A DNA stretch of 64,000 bases from an uncultured Enterobacterales bacterium (GCA_964615195.1 CAZTNG010000002.1:4524-68523); one strand, 5' to 3'; positions 19,311 through 30,844 are shown, counted from the first letter of the stretch. Notes: a model not told the origin generated them from the sequence alone. A program made the numbers and translations.

Positions 19311-19326
19311 AACTATAGCTCCAATT

Positions 19327-19350
19327 AAAAAAAACCGCCCTTTCGAGCGG
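19327..19350 (-). terminator. Rho-independent terminator of pckA
   Basis: The minus strand reads CCGCTC-GAAA-GGGCGG, a 6-bp stem with a GNRA-type loop, followed by T8. It lies 23 nt after the pckA stop. Confidence 0.75.
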
Positions 19351-19372
19351 TTTTCATCATAAAGTTAAACTA

Positions 19373-20974
19373 TTATAACTTTGGACCAGCTTCAACTAAA
19401 GCTTTACCGTGTTCATTACCAATAAACTTAGCAAAGTTCTTAACGAAACGATTTGCAAGATCTTGAGCCTTAACATCCCAATCTGCCTTATTAGCATAAG
19501 TATCGCGAGGATCAAGAATAGCAGAATCAACACCAGGTAACGCTGTAGGAACTGTAAAGTTGAATACAGGAATAGTCTTAGTATCAGCCTTATCAATAGA
19601 ACCATCTAAAATAGCATCAATGATACAACGTGTATCCTTTATAGAAATACGCTTGCCTGTTCCATTCCAACCTGTATTAACCAAGTATGCTGTAGCACCT
19701 GATTTTTCCATCTTCTTTACAAGTTCTTCACCATACTTAGTAGGATGTAAAGACAAGAATGCTGCGCCAAAACATGCAGAGAATGTTGGAGTTGGTTCAG
19801 TAATTCCACGTTCAGTACCTGCTAACTTTGCTGTAAAACCAGAAAGGAAGTAATACTGAGTCTGATTCTTATCAAGAATAGACACTGGAGGTAAAACACC
19901 AAATGCATCAGCTGAAAGGAAGATTACCTTCTTAGCAGCAGGAGCTTTTGATAATGGTTTTACAATATTTTGAATGTGATAAATAGGGTAAGAAACACGA
20001 GTATTTTCTGTTACAGACTTATCAGTAAAATCAATCTTACCATTAGCATCAACAGTTACGTTCTCAAGTAATGCATCACGCTTAATAGCATTCCAAATAT
20101 CAGGTTCATTTTCTTTTGAAAGATTGATAACTTTTGCGTAACAACCACCTTCAAAATTAAATACACCATCATCATCCCAACCGTGTTCATCATCACCAAT
20201 TAATTCACGCTTTGGATCTGTTGATAATGTAGTTTTACCAGTACCTGATAAACCAAAGAATATTGCAGTTTCACCATTCTTATTTGTATTAGCTGAACAA
20301 TGCATTGCAGCCATACCCTTTAATGGTAATAGGTAGTTCATATAAGAGAACATACCCTTCTTCATTTCACCACCATACCAAGTATTAATGATAATCTGAA
20401 CCTTTTCAGTCAAATTAAATACAACTGCAGTTTCTGAATTAAGACCTAAAGCCTTGTAATTTTCAACCTTAGCCTTAGAAGCGTTGATTACAACAAAATC
20501 TGGTTCACCAAAATTTGCTAATTCTTCTGCTGTAGGTCTAATAAACATATTAGTTACAAAATGTGCTTGCCAAGCCACTTCCATTACAAAACGAATCTTT
20601 AAGCGACTGTTTTCATTTGCACCACAAAATGCATCAACAACATAAAGCTTCTTATTAGAAAGTTCCTTGCTAGCAATCTTTTTTAACTCATTCCAACTTT
20701 CTTGAGACAAAGGCTTATTGTCATTCTTATATTCGTCAGAAGTCCACCAAATAGTGTTTTCAGTAACGCTATCCTTCACCCAAAACTTATCTTTAGGTGA
20801 ACGACCAGTGTATACACCAGTCATAACGTTAACAGCACCCATTTCTGTTTCCTGACCCTTTTCGTAACCTGAAAGAGCAGAATTAGTTTCATCAGTGAAT
20901 AACTGATCATAAGATGGGTTGTAAACAACCTCTTTAGCACCTACAATGCCATACTTTTCTAAGCTAATAGCCAT
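19373..20974 (-). CDS. pckA: Phosphoenolpyruvate carboxykinase (ATP)
   Basis: Kinase-1a motif [20 protein letters not shown], and full-length similarity to the PckA family. Confidence 0.97.
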   Translation of the reverse strand: MAISLEKYGIVGAKEVVYNPSYDQLFTDETNSALSGYEKGQETEMGAVNVMTGVYTGRSPKDKFWVKDSVTENTIWWTSDEYKNDNKPLSQESWNELKKIASKELSNKKLYVVDAFCGANENSRLKIRFVMEVAWQAHFVTNMFIRPTAEELANFGEPDFVVINASKAKVENYKALGLNSETAVVFNLTEKVQIIINTWYGGEMKKGMFSYMNYLLPLKGMAAMHCSANTNKNGETAIFFGLSGTGKTTLSTDPKRELIGDDEHGWDDDGVFNFEGGCYAKVINLSKENEPDIWNAIKRDALLENVTVDANGKIDFTDKSVTENTRVSYPIYHIQNIVKPLSKAPAAKKVIFLSADAFGVLPPVSILDKNQTQYYFLSGFTAKLAGTERGITEPTPTFSACFGAAFLSLHPTKYGEELVKKMEKSGATAYLVNTGWNGTGKRISIKDTRCIIDAILDGSIDKADTKTIPVFNFTVPTALPGVDSAILDPRDTYANKADWDVKAQDLANRFVKNFAKFIGNEHGKALVEAGPKL

Positions 20975-21281
20975 TTATAAAGTTTCTCCAGTGTAAAAAT
21001 TTTGAAACGAAACTAATATGATTTTAAAATATCTATTAACTTTAGTCCAATGTTTATAGCAAATTTCTTGTAAATTTTTTTTAATTGTAAAAAAAGCATC
21101 TGATATTATCTTTATTTTTCAAAAAAACAATAATTCAATTACCAATATTTAACACTATCAAACAATTTAATAAAAATATATTTGTTTATGTTCAATACCA
21201 TTTACTATTTTTCTTTAATAAAAAAATCCAATGTGGCAAAATATAAAACAGAATACTACTTTAAATGTTTAAGAGTGATCT

Positions 21282-21869
21282 ATGATTAAAATTATGCCCA
21301 AGGCTGAAGAATATTTTGTTCAACTTTTAGAAACACAAGCACCTGAAACAAAAATACGAGTTTTTGTTTCTAATCCGGGAACACCTGGCGTTGAATGTGG
21401 GATACTTTATTGTCCTAAAGACATGATTACAGCTGCAGATGATCTTTTCAAATACAATGGATTTGAGGTAGCGATTGACAAAACAAGTCAGTTATACCTT
21501 AAAGAATCAGTCATTGATTTCAAATATAATAAAAAAAATGAGGGATCGTTAACTTTCAAAGCTCCATTTTTAAAAAAACAAGACGTTCCTTCAGAAGCTA
21601 CTTTATTTGAAAAGCTAGACAATTTTTTTAGAACCACTATCAACCCTAGTTTAGCAGGTCACGGAGGTTTTGCCCAACTTGAAAATGTTTCAGAAGACGG
21701 AACTGTTTACGTAAAATTTTCAGGGGGTTGCAAAGGATGTAGTATGGTAAATATAACGCTTAAAGATGGTATAGAAAATAACCTAAAACAAGCTTTTCCT
21801 GGAATGATCAAAGATGTAATTGATATAACAGAACATACAATTACTGACGAAACATACAAAAATGAATAA
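21282..21869 (+). CDS. nfuA: Fe/S biogenesis protein NfuA
   Basis: IRVFVSNPGTPGVECG, NPSLAGHGG and the CxxC motif GGCKGCSM parallel E. coli NfuA. Confidence 0.9.
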   Translation: MIKIMPKAEEYFVQLLETQAPETKIRVFVSNPGTPGVECGILYCPKDMITAADDLFKYNGFEVAIDKTSQLYLKESVIDFKYNKKNEGSLTFKAPFLKKQDVPSEATLFEKLDNFFRTTINPSLAGHGGFAQLENVSEDGTVYVKFSGGCKGCSMVNITLKDGIENNLKQAFPGMIKDVIDITEHTITDETYKNE

Positions 21870-21893
21870 AAAACTTTTTATCTAACATTAAAA

Positions 21894-21920
21894 AAGCTCA
21901 AATATCAAATGTTTGAGCTT
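21894..21920. terminator. Hairpin terminator between the convergent genes nfuA and gpsA
   Basis: AAGCTCAAA-tatcaaatg-TTTGAGCTT forms a 9-bp stem, with A-rich and T-rich flanks. Confidence 0.5.
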
Positions 21921-21928
21921 ATATTTAC

Positions 21929-22927
21929 TTACTCTTCCTTTTTTGTTCTAGCTAACAATGAAACAGTTGCATCTTTAGGTTCTTTACCTTTAAATAATAC
22001 ATTATATATTTCACCGCAAATTGGCATGTCCACGTTATATTTTTTGGCAAGAATATGGACTTCCTTTGTATTAAACCACCCTTCAACAACTTGTCCTATT
22101 TGTTTGAACGCTTGGTCTACGGACACACCGCGACCTAAAGCTAATCCAAACCTGCGGTTTCTAGATTGATTATCCGTACATGTTAATACTAAATCTCCAA
22201 GACCAGCCATTCCCATAAAAGTATGCGGATTGGCCCCCATTGCCACACCTAATCTTTGGAGTTCTAAAAGGCCTCGGGTAATTAAAGCTGTCCTTGCATT
22301 TGCACCGAATCCTAACCCATCAGATATACCTGCTCCAATAGCTATAACATTTTTGACAGAGCCACCAATTTGTAATCCGATAAAATCTGGGTTTTTGTAT
22401 ACTCTAAGATTTTTACTTGAATGGATTAAATCTGAAAATTCTTCAGTAAAACTCTCATCTGTACCTGCAACAGAAATAGCAGTCGGCAAACCAGCTGCTA
22501 ATTCCTTAGCAAAGGTGGGACCACTAATAGCTGCTAATGGAATGTTATCACCTAAAATATCTCTTGCAACTTCACTTAATAATCTTCCCGTATCAGCTTC
22601 TAATCCTTTAGTGGCCCATGCAACTCTATGCTTAGGAGTTAAATATGGTTTTATAGCAATTAATACATTTCTAAAAACATTACTTGGAACAACAATAAGT
22701 AATATTTCTGATGCTGTAACCGCTTTTTCAATATCTGAAGTTAATTCCAAGGTATCAGGAAAATAAACACTAGGCAAGAAATCATTGTTACAACGTTCCC
22801 GTTGCATTTTTTCAATTTTGCTAGGGCTATGACCCCATAACAAAACATTTTTTCCATTACGTGCTAATGAAATAGAAAGGGCAGTCCCATAAGAACCAGC
22901 CCCTAAAACAGTAGTTGAAAATTTCAA
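21929..22927 (-). CDS. gpsA: NAD(P)H-dependent glycerol-3-phosphate dehydrogenase
   Basis: N-terminal Rossmann motif [18 protein letters not shown] and NVIAIGAG motifs. Position after secB as in E. coli. Confidence 0.95.
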   Translation of the reverse strand: MKFSTTVLGAGSYGTALSISLARNGKNVLLWGHSPSKIEKMQRERCNNDFLPSVYFPDTLELTSDIEKAVTASEILLIVVPSNVFRNVLIAIKPYLTPKHRVAWATKGLEADTGRLLSEVARDILGDNIPLAAISGPTFAKELAAGLPTAISVAGTDESFTEEFSDLIHSSKNLRVYKNPDFIGLQIGGSVKNVIAIGAGISDGLGFGANARTALITRGLLELQRLGVAMGANPHTFMGMAGLGDLVLTCTDNQSRNRRFGLALGRGVSVDQAFKQIGQVVEGWFNTKEVHILAKKYNVDMPICGEIYNVLFKGKEPKDATVSLLARTKKEE

Positions 22928-22949
22928 CTCTACTCTCCAACTTTAGATA

Positions 22950-23420
22950 TTATGCTTGCTGACTAGCTGCAGATGCTTGCTGCTTACGTTGCATATATAT
23001 AGCATCAAAATTAAGAGGAGCTAAATTAAGTGGTGGGAATGTCGCTTTATTAACAAGACTAGAAATAACTTCTCTTGCATATGGGAAAAGAATGTTTGGT
23101 ATAAATGCATTTAAGAAACCATCCAACTGCTCATTTGGAATATTTGCAATGTGGAATAAACCTGCTTGGTTAACCTCACATACAAAAGCCACCTTGTCAC
23201 CAAGTTCTGAAGTTATTGTAACACGTAATACTACTTCATAAACTTTCTTTTCTGCATCAATTTCTTTGTACTTAACATCTAAATCTAACTTTGTTTCAGG
23301 CTTCCATTCCATTTGAAAAATTTCAGGAACATTTGGAGTTTCTAAAGAAATATCTTTGTTATAAACACGAAGAATTTCAAATTCAGGATTTTTTGATTGA
23401 GTATTCTGTTCATCAGCCAT
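22950..23420 (-). CDS. secB: Protein-export chaperone SecB
   Basis: FEILRVYNKDISLETPNVPEIF parallels E. coli [22 protein letters not shown]. I prefer the ATG at 23420 (MADEQN) over the track's TTG at 23429. Confidence 0.9.
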   Translation of the reverse strand: MADEQNTQSKNPEFEILRVYNKDISLETPNVPEIFQMEWKPETKLDLDVKYKEIDAEKKVYEVVLRVTITSELGDKVAFVCEVNQAGLFHIANIPNEQLDGFLNAFIPNILFPYAREVISSLVNKATFPPLNLAPLNFDAIYMQRKQQASAASQQA

Positions 23421-23475
23421 GATGTACAATTCCTTATAATTATTAGTAAATTAAACGACAGTAATATATTCTATT

Positions 23476-23931
23476 TTATTTTCTAGTTAAAGGTATATTA
23501 TTATTCTTTAGTTCAAGGATACCACCAGTCAGCAAAAAAGTGTTTTTATATCCCGCTTTTTTAAGAACTTTAGCACAATTATAAGATTGAGTATCATCAT
23601 TATTTTGACTAACTACGATAATTCCATGCTTTTTGTACTTTTCTATGCGAGTATGCATGCCTTCTAGAATATCAGACGCCAAAACATCAAGAGAACCATG
23701 TATATGTTCTTTTGAAAAATCTTCTTTAGATCTAATATCCACAAAAGTAGCGCCATCGTGATTTACCATTGTTGTTGCATTATTGAAATCAATAAATCTT
23801 ATGCCATCAACAATAATATTTATTTGTAGCCAAATTATATATCCTAGACATACTAACCAACCCCCAGCAATAAGATAATGCAACTTTGCAAAAGCAATAA
23901 TTTCTGCTAAAGAAATCCCTAAACTTTCCAT
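23476..23931 (-). CDS. yibN: Membrane-anchored rhodanese-domain protein (YibN-like)
   Basis: N-terminal TM plus a rhodanese fold (FVDIRSKEDFSKEHIHGS). Same position relative to secB-gpsA and gpmI as E. coli yibN. Confidence 0.7.
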   Translation of the reverse strand: MESLGISLAEIIAFAKLHYLIAGGWLVCLGYIIWLQINIIVDGIRFIDFNNATTMVNHDGATFVDIRSKEDFSKEHIHGSLDVLASDILEGMHTRIEKYKKHGIIVVSQNNDDTQSYNCAKVLKKAGYKNTFLLTGGILELKNNNIPLTRK

Positions 23932-24163
23932 ATATTAAAACCAATAATGTATTTAAAATAAAAGGCATCATATCATAATGGGTATTCTTTGCCAAATTTA
24001 AAGAATATTTCCACTTCTCTCAATTTACAAATATATTCAAATCTATATTAGCCAATCAAATTTTCCACACATTTGTTCATTCAATAATGTTTATACTTGC
24101 CGAATTTAGTGTAAAATAGAACGGATAATATTTGTTTTATTTTGAATACAACGAGGAAATTCC

Positions 24164-25693
24164 ATGTCAAAAAAAACTTTTGCACTCATTATTATGGACG
24201 GTTGGGGTTACAATACTGTAAAAGAATTTAACGCAGTAGCTAATGCAAAGACCCCTATTTTAAATAAATTAACAGAAAACTATGCTCATACTCTTATTTC
24301 TGCATCAGGCTTAGATGTAGGTTTGCCAGATGGACAAATGGGTAATTCTGAAGTTGGCCATACAAACATCGGCGCTGGACGTATCGTTTACCAAGACCTT
24401 ACAAGAATTACTAAATCCATAAAAGATGGTGACTTTTTCACAAATGAAGCATTGTGTAAAGCAATTGACGGTGCAAAAGCCAAAGATAAAGCAGTTCATG
24501 TAATGGGACTAATGTCTCCTGGTGGTGTTCATAGTCACGAAGATCAAATCAAAGCTGTTTTTGAATTATGTGCCCAAAAAGGAATTAAAAAAGCATATTT
24601 CCACGCATTTACTGATGGCCGTGATGTTCCACCTCGCAGCGCTCAAAGTTCTATAGACGCGTTTGAAAAACTTTTTGCAAAATTGAAATGTGGTCGCTTT
24701 GCTTCTATGATTGGACGTTATTTTGCGATGGATAGAGATAACAGATGGGATCGTGTAGAACAAGCTTATGATTTAATAACACAAGCTAGTTCATCATTCA
24801 AACCTTTTGCAACAGCATCTGATGCATTAAATGCAGCATATGAACGTGATGAAAATGATGAATTTGTAAAAGCATCTGTTATTGGTACACCTGTAACAAT
24901 GGAAGATGGTGATTCATTAATATTTATGAATTTTAGAGCTGATAGAGCTCGACAAATATCAAGAGCTTTTGCTAATGACGATTTTTCTGGATTTAATAGA
25001 AAGGTAAGACCTGCATTTACATCATTTGTTATGCTTACTGAATATGCAACTGATATTCAGGCTTCATGCGCTTACCCTCCATCAGATTTAGTTAATACTT
25101 TGGGAGAATGGTTATCTATTCATGACAAAACCCAACTTCGTATTTCAGAAACAGAAAAGTATGCTCATGTAACTTTCTTCTTTAATGGTGGAGTTGAAAA
25201 CCAATTCCCTGGTGAAGACCGTACATTAATTCAAAGTCCTAAAGTTGCAACATATGATCTTCAACCAGAAATGAGTTCTGCCGAACTTACTGATAAACTT
25301 TGTTCAGCAATTGAAAGTGCTAAATATGATCTTATAATTTGTAACTATCCTAATGGTGATATGGTAGGACATACAGGGATATATGAAGCTGCGGTAAAAG
25401 CTTGTGAAGCTGTAGACTCATGTATAGGTAAAGTAATTGAATCATTAAAGAAAGTAAACGGAGAATGTTTAATTACAGCTGACCATGGAAATGCTGAAAG
25501 AATGAAGGATTTAAATACAGGAGTTGCATATACTGCACATACAAATCTTCCTGTACCTTTAATATACTTTGGAAGAAAGGCTGAAGCTGTTCAAGGTGGA
25601 AAATTATCTGATCTTGCACCAACAATTCTTAATTTAATAGGCATGCCTGTTCCAAAAGAAATGACTGGTAAAGCTCTATTTAAACTTAAGTAA
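24164..25693 (+). CDS. gpmI: 2,3-bisphosphoglycerate-independent phosphoglycerate mutase
   Basis: [23 protein letters not shown] and ADHGNAE motifs. Confidence 0.96.
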   Translation: MSKKTFALIIMDGWGYNTVKEFNAVANAKTPILNKLTENYAHTLISASGLDVGLPDGQMGNSEVGHTNIGAGRIVYQDLTRITKSIKDGDFFTNEALCKAIDGAKAKDKAVHVMGLMSPGGVHSHEDQIKAVFELCAQKGIKKAYFHAFTDGRDVPPRSAQSSIDAFEKLFAKLKCGRFASMIGRYFAMDRDNRWDRVEQAYDLITQASSSFKPFATASDALNAAYERDENDEFVKASVIGTPVTMEDGDSLIFMNFRADRARQISRAFANDDFSGFNRKVRPAFTSFVMLTEYATDIQASCAYPPSDLVNTLGEWLSIHDKTQLRISETEKYAHVTFFFNGGVENQFPGEDRTLIQSPKVATYDLQPEMSSAELTDKLCSAIESAKYDLIICNYPNGDMVGHTGIYEAAVKACEAVDSCIGKVIESLKKVNGECLITADHGNAERMKDLNTGVAYTAHTNLPVPLIYFGRKAEAVQGGKLSDLAPTILNLIGMPVPKEMTGKALFKLK

Positions 25694-25716
25694 AAATAAC
25701 AGATAGCATACATACG

Positions 25717-26991
25717 ATGCTAAAAAAAATAAGTTCTCCAGAAATGAAAGTAAAATTTTGGAGAACTTTACTAAATACAATAATACTTTTATGCATTTGT
25801 GATTTCATTTGCACAGAGGTTTTGTATGCTCAAGAAAAATCAATTCTTGAACTCAAAAAAGATATTCAACAGTCAGATCAAATTATAAAATCATACGAAA
25901 ATGATTTAAATCAAATAAAAAATGAAAGATCCTCATGCGAAAGAAAAATATCTAAATTAAATAATGAACTATTAATCACCAATAAAAAAATCGAAACAGT
26001 ACAGCTCCAAAAAAAATCACTTATAGAAGAAAGCCAAATAATACAAACACAATTGAAAGCTGAACAGCAACGACTTCAGGTTTTAATAAAACATATGTAC
26101 ATGATTGGGACTAATTCAGGAACCAAAATTTTACTAAACAATGACGATCCTAATACTAATAGTCGCTATCTAATATATTATAGCTATCTGTTAAATATTA
26201 AAACAGAATTACTTAATAATATTAAAAGCAAACAATTTCAAATAAACCAAAAACAACAAATTTTGAATGAAAAAACACAAGAATTATTATTATTACAACA
26301 AAATTATAATAAAAACCAAAAACAATTAGAAACGGAAAAACAAATCAAATTAAAAAATGAGGATAAATTAAAATTAACTTTATCTTCAGAAAAAAAGAAA
26401 ATTCAACAAATGCAAATTGCTTTAAATAAATTGCAAAAAGAAATGGAAGATAACCAACAAAAAATTAAAACTTCTAGAAGAATAAAAAATGAACAAGATA
26501 TTATCCAAGCAAGAAAAAAAGCTTTAGATGAAGGAAAGAACCAAGATATAGCAGAGCAAGAGGAAAAACGAAGACAACAAATAAATACACCTCATGGACT
26601 TAGCGAACTAAAAGGAAAGCTTCCGTGGCCTTTGAAAGGAAGTATAATTAGAAACTTTGGTCAAACACGAAATGGTGATATCACTTGGAAAGGGTTATTA
26701 TTATCAGCAGCTTCTAAGGAAAAAATTGTCGCAATAGCCTCAGGTGACGTTCTATATTCAGGTTGGCTCAATGGCTTGGGGAATATAGTAGTTATAGACC
26801 ATGGCAACAATTATATAAGTTTGTATGGCAATAACTATAGTATTTTACCTAAAACAGGTACACAAGTACGATCAGGTGATACTATTGCCTATGCAGGTAA
26901 TAGTGGAGATATGAAAGCAAATAGCTTATATTTTGAAATAAGATACCAGGGGATACCTTTAGACCCTAACAAATGGTTAAAACCGAAATAA
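25717..26991 (+). CDS. envC: Murein hydrolase activator EnvC (coiled coil plus LytM/M23 domain)
   Basis: Signal/TM segment, a long Q/K/N-rich coiled coil, and a C-terminal LytM domain (GNIVVIDHGNNYISLYG). Follows gpmI as in E. coli. Confidence 0.85.
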   Translation: MLKKISSPEMKVKFWRTLLNTIILLCICDFICTEVLYAQEKSILELKKDIQQSDQIIKSYENDLNQIKNERSSCERKISKLNNELLITNKKIETVQLQKKSLIEESQIIQTQLKAEQQRLQVLIKHMYMIGTNSGTKILLNNDDPNTNSRYLIYYSYLLNIKTELLNNIKSKQFQINQKQQILNEKTQELLLLQQNYNKNQKQLETEKQIKLKNEDKLKLTLSSEKKKIQQMQIALNKLQKEMEDNQQKIKTSRRIKNEQDIIQARKKALDEGKNQDIAEQEEKRRQQINTPHGLSELKGKLPWPLKGSIIRNFGQTRNGDITWKGLLLSAASKEKIVAIASGDVLYSGWLNGLGNIVVIDHGNNYISLYGNNYSILPKTGTQVRSGDTIAYAGNSGDMKANSLYFEIRYQGIPLDPNKWLKPK

Positions 26992-27207
26992 AATCTCTAT
27001 ATTTGTTAGCACAATTTATATATAGTAATACTCATACATAATCACTTATATTGAAAACATTACATAATTTTTTATATAATAGAGATTTTTTACAAAAGTG
27101 ATAGAATGCAAAATATATTTTTATAAAAGTTTGTTTTATGTAAAGTAAAATGCTATTTATATTGCTTGTAAATTAGATTCTCTACAAATTTATTAAGGAT
27201 TCACATA

Positions 27208-27600
27208 ATGCGATTAACAATTTTTCACAATCCTGAACCTGAGCCCTTATGGGAAAACAGTCTAATTAAATTGATACACCCATTTAGCTACGACGCGCTT
27301 ACTCAGTTAGGAGATGTTCATGTGGCTGTATTTAATGATGGAGTTGTAGGAATTTCTGTTTCAAAAGATAATGAAATCATATATTTAAAAGTTAGGGACA
27401 TAACTAGACGTCGCGGTGTCGGCAAATATCTTATTGAAGAAACTGTTAAATTTGTAACAAAAGCGCAAAATATTGTTACCATTAATATCAAAAATTTTCC
27501 ATCTCAAGAAGTAGATGGATTAATCTATTTTTTAGAAATGCAAGGTTTTATACAGGATAAGAATTACTCTGATTTATACGTTTTCTCTAGTAACGATTAA
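27208..27600 (+). CDS. panZ: Small GNAT-fold protein resembling PanZ/PanM (PanD maturation factor)
   Basis: LKVRDITRRRGVGKYLIEE versus E. coli PanZ LRVREVTRRRGVGQYLLEE. MRLTI N-terminus. About 130 aa. AAGGA RBS. Confidence 0.6.
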   Translation: MRLTIFHNPEPEPLWENSLIKLIHPFSYDALTQLGDVHVAVFNDGVVGISVSKDNEIIYLKVRDITRRRGVGKYLIEETVKFVTKAQNIVTINIKNFPSQEVDGLIYFLEMQGFIQDKNYSDLYVFSSND

Positions 27601-27725
27601 ATTAAAACATTACTACCTAATTATTGCATTTATTATCAATAATTACACTGTAAATTAATGAACCCACTATATATAGCACATAGCCAATAATAATGGGTTC
27701 ATAGATGTCTGAAATTTAATAAAAA

Positions 27726-28748
27726 CTATTTACTATCTTTACCAAAAACCAACTCATATAAAGTAGGCGATTTTTTATCTAAAGTATGTAAAGATTTAAT
27801 TCTTCTAATTGTTTTAGATTGACCACGAATTAATAATGTTTCAGTAGTAGCTAAATTACCTTTCAATGTTATTCCATCCAATAAATCACCTTTAGTAATA
27901 CCTGTAACAGAAATAATAACGCTATCTGTCCTAACCATATCTTCAAGCTTTAAGACAGTCATTGGCTCAATACCCATAGCCTTACAGCGCTCAATTTCAT
28001 TTTTACCATATTCTACGTTTTCTGGAGTATCACCTTTTGCAATATGTCTAGGAATAAGTTTAGCTTGCATATCACCATCTAATGCTCTTGTAACAGCAGC
28101 ACTAATTACACCTTCTGGTGCGCCACCTATGCAATATAAAAAATCAATATCATTATCTGGCATACATGTTAAAACTGAAGCTGCCACATCTCCATCAGGT
28201 ATAGCAAAAACTCTTAAACCCATTTCTTGCATCATTCTTATAGCTTTTTCATGTCTTGGTTTTGCTAAAGTTACACATGTAACATCTGAGAATTTTTTTC
28301 CTACTGCACGAGCAATTCTATAAATATTTTCTTCTAATGGCATGTTGAGATCAATTACACCTTTAGCATTTGACCCAACAAGTAGCTTTTCCATATACAT
28401 ATCTGGAGCTTTCAAAAATCCATCTTTTTCACTTGCAGCTAAAACTGCAACAGCATTCGCTTGTCCCATAGCTGTCATTCTTGTTCCATCTATTGGATCT
28501 ACTGCAATATCTATTGGATAATCACCTTTACCTAAACGTTCACCTATGTAAAGCATTGGGGCTTCATCTATTTCGCCTTCGCCAATTACTATTTCTCCTG
28601 AAATATTAACCTCATTTAACATATAACGCATAGCTTTAACAGCTGCCTCATCGGCTGACATTTTATCTCCTCTTCCCAACCAATGATATCCAGCTAAAGC
28701 CGCAGCTTCAGTTACGCGGCAAAATTCTAATGATAATTCTCTTTTCAT
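27726..28748 (-). CDS. glpX: Class II fructose-1,6-bisphosphatase
   Basis: MKRELSLEFCRVTEAAALAGYHWLGRGDK and DPIDGT motifs typical of GlpX. Confidence 0.95.
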   Translation of the reverse strand: MKRELSLEFCRVTEAAALAGYHWLGRGDKMSADEAAVKAMRYMLNEVNISGEIVIGEGEIDEAPMLYIGERLGKGDYPIDIAVDPIDGTRMTAMGQANAVAVLAASEKDGFLKAPDMYMEKLLVGSNAKGVIDLNMPLEENIYRIARAVGKKFSDVTCVTLAKPRHEKAIRMMQEMGLRVFAIPDGDVAASVLTCMPDNDIDFLYCIGGAPEGVISAAVTRALDGDMQAKLIPRHIAKGDTPENVEYGKNEIERCKAMGIEPMTVLKLEDMVRTDSVIISVTGITKGDLLDGITLKGNLATTETLLIRGQSKTIRRIKSLHTLDKKSPTLYELVFGKDSK

Positions 28749-28866
28749 AAATCCAATCCTAGAAAGCAGTAATAGACTATCTCATTTTTATTAAATGATA
28801 CAGATAATAGCTGTATTTTAGCACTATCTTAAAAAGATTACGCTTATTTTTAATGCAAACAAGATA

Positions 28867-30216
28867 TTACATACTAGCAACTTTTAATTCATCAAACAAA
28901 ATAGAACCACAATTAATATTTTGCCTTTCATCATAATCAGTACCCAAAGCAATTATTCTATTAGCAAATAAATCCTTAACATTACCTGCTATAGTTATAC
29001 CCTTAACAGGATATTGGATAATTCCTGATTCGACATAAAATCCACAAGCCCCATATGAAAAATCACCTGTAACTTGGTTTAATCCATGCCCCATTGTCTC
29101 CGTTATAATTAATCCTTTATCCATTAACTTTAACAATTCTGCATAACCATATTCAATTTTTCGATTATCTCTAACCAAAACATTACCTAAAAAACCACTG
29201 TGTCCATTAGTTTTCATACCTAATTTTCTTGCGCTGTAACTTGAAAGTAGATAACTTTCCACATAGCCTTCATGAATTAATGGGTGAGCTACTGTTTTAA
29301 CACCTTCATTATCACTTGTTGAGGAATACAGTGATCTTTTTATTAATGGGTCGATATCAATATTTAACCAATCACTTACAACTTTAGTATGCAAAGAAGA
29401 TGAGAGGAAAGAAGAATGTTTATACTGAGCAGACCCTCCTAAAGCAGATATTATTGAAAACAAAAAACTTTCTGCTATATCTCTTCTTAAGATGACGGGA
29501 TAATTTCCAGTTGCAAATTTATGTGCACCCAACATCCCTACTGTTTCAGATATTGCTTCATCAGCTATTTTTTCACAACTCCACAATCTTGAAAAATCAG
29601 TGGAACAATGTCCTGACCCATTGTTTTCCATTTTTCCATCCAATTCTCCAATTAAATTAACATTTAGTGCAAAAAAAGAGTTGGGTTCACTAATAACAAA
29701 ATTATTAGAATTTGCTAAAACTGAAATTCCATAACTTGATGAAAAACTTGAACCATTGGATATTTTTATTCGGTCATCCTTTGACATTGCTATATTCTCT
29801 AAATTTAAAGCAATATCAAATGCCTCAATTGGATCTGATTCTCTAGGGTAAAACAATTCTAAATCAAATTGTTCTTTTATTAAATCTTCTGTTTCTGGTA
29901 TACCTGAACAATCATCTGAAGCTGTATAATCCGACAAATTTAGCGCAGCAATTACCGAATTTGTAACAGCTTCATTAGACATATCAGTTGTAATTGCGGA
30001 ACCTTTTCTTCCATTTTTATACACAACGACTTCTAGAGATCTATTTTTTGAAAATTTTATATTTTCCTGATGACCATTTCTGCATGTAACAGACAATCCC
30101 GTTGATTTTAAAATTGAAATTTCTGCTTGATCAGCTCCTTTTGACACTGCAAATTCAACAGTACTAGAAGCCAAATTCTCTAATTCCATTTGTTCTTTAA
30201 TAATTCGTTTTTTCAT
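28867..30216 (-). CDS. pmbA: Metalloprotease PmbA (TldE)
   Basis: About 450 aa PmbA/TldD-fold protein, divergent from yjgA exactly as in E. coli. Confidence 0.88.
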   Translation of the reverse strand: MKKRIIKEQMELENLASSTVEFAVSKGADQAEISILKSTGLSVTCRNGHQENIKFSKNRSLEVVVYKNGRKGSAITTDMSNEAVTNSVIAALNLSDYTASDDCSGIPETEDLIKEQFDLELFYPRESDPIEAFDIALNLENIAMSKDDRIKISNGSSFSSSYGISVLANSNNFVISEPNSFFALNVNLIGELDGKMENNGSGHCSTDFSRLWSCEKIADEAISETVGMLGAHKFATGNYPVILRRDIAESFLFSIISALGGSAQYKHSSFLSSSLHTKVVSDWLNIDIDPLIKRSLYSSTSDNEGVKTVAHPLIHEGYVESYLLSSYSARKLGMKTNGHSGFLGNVLVRDNRKIEYGYAELLKLMDKGLIITETMGHGLNQVTGDFSYGACGFYVESGIIQYPVKGITIAGNVKDLFANRIIALGTDYDERQNINCGSILFDELKVASM

Positions 30217-30290
30217 AACTAATCAATCTAAAAGCCAAGACATTAATAATATGATAGAATACACTATAATTAGATAAGGATCTTTAATAC

Positions 30291-30836
30291 ATGTTACAAG
30301 ATGATATAAATTTTTCTGATATCGATGACGATGATGACAATTGGGTATCAAAAAGTTCAGTTAAACGCTATGGCAAGCATTTAAGAGACATCGGCGCACA
30401 AATTATAGCGCTTTCACAATCAGAATTCGATCGACTCCCTTTTGACGATGACGATTCACTTAAAGACGTTTGTTTAGCAGCAAGGAAAATGAAACCACAT
30501 TCCGAAGAACTTCGTAGGGAATTATTGCATATAGAATCTCTATTAAGAAATAGAGAAGATTACATAAAGCAATACGAAGACGCTCTTAAGGCGATTGCTA
30601 GCACAATGGTTGCAGGGAATGCTACCTTTCATAGACTTGAAGAAATACGTACAAAATTGGTAGATGAAGGGATTCCTGAAATTAACAATCTCATGTCTCA
30701 ACATCTAGAATTAGATCGACAAAAATTAAGATCTCTAGTTTCGAAGGCGCAGAAAGAAATGAACGATCCTGAAAAAAATTCTGATAAAAAATCTTATAAA
30801 GAACTTTTTAAATATCTTAAACAAAATTTACAGTAG
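30291..30836 (+). CDS. yjgA: Ribosome-associated protein YjgA/DarP (DUF615)
   Basis: Acidic N-terminus, SKSSVKR...L motif and a helical basic body. Divergent from pmbA, which is conserved synteny. Confidence 0.78.
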   Translation: MLQDDINFSDIDDDDDNWVSKSSVKRYGKHLRDIGAQIIALSQSEFDRLPFDDDDSLKDVCLAARKMKPHSEELRRELLHIESLLRNREDYIKQYEDALKAIASTMVAGNATFHRLEEIRTKLVDEGIPEINNLMSQHLELDRQKLRSLVSKAQKEMNDPEKNSDKKSYKELFKYLKQNLQ

Positions 30837-30844
30837 GATTTAAT

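Noticed and set aside
20975-21281. A Cra or CRP site upstream of pckA (TTTGAAACGAAACT at about 21001-21014).
   Set aside because: It resembles only half of a Cra/LacI-type palindrome and has no symmetric partner, so it is not supportable by eye.
22230-22766. A 178-aa plus-strand ORF inside gpsA. Similar long antisense ORFs occur at 60685-61176 (in metH), 37335-37751 (in mreB), 17213-17608 (in bioH), 8323-8634 (in gspF), 12826-13131 and 6205-6486.
   Set aside because: Each lies fully inside, and antisense to, a strongly supported conserved gene. They have no RBS, and their Pro/Ser/Leu-rich composition is typical of shadow frames of RNY-biased codons. I consider them artefacts, not overlapping genes.
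27658-27702. The hairpin ATGAACCCA...TGGGTTCAT between the convergent genes panZ and glpX, considered as a terminator.
   Set aside because: It has a 9-bp stem, but the 27-nt loop and the lack of a clear U-tract on either strand make it too weak to call.
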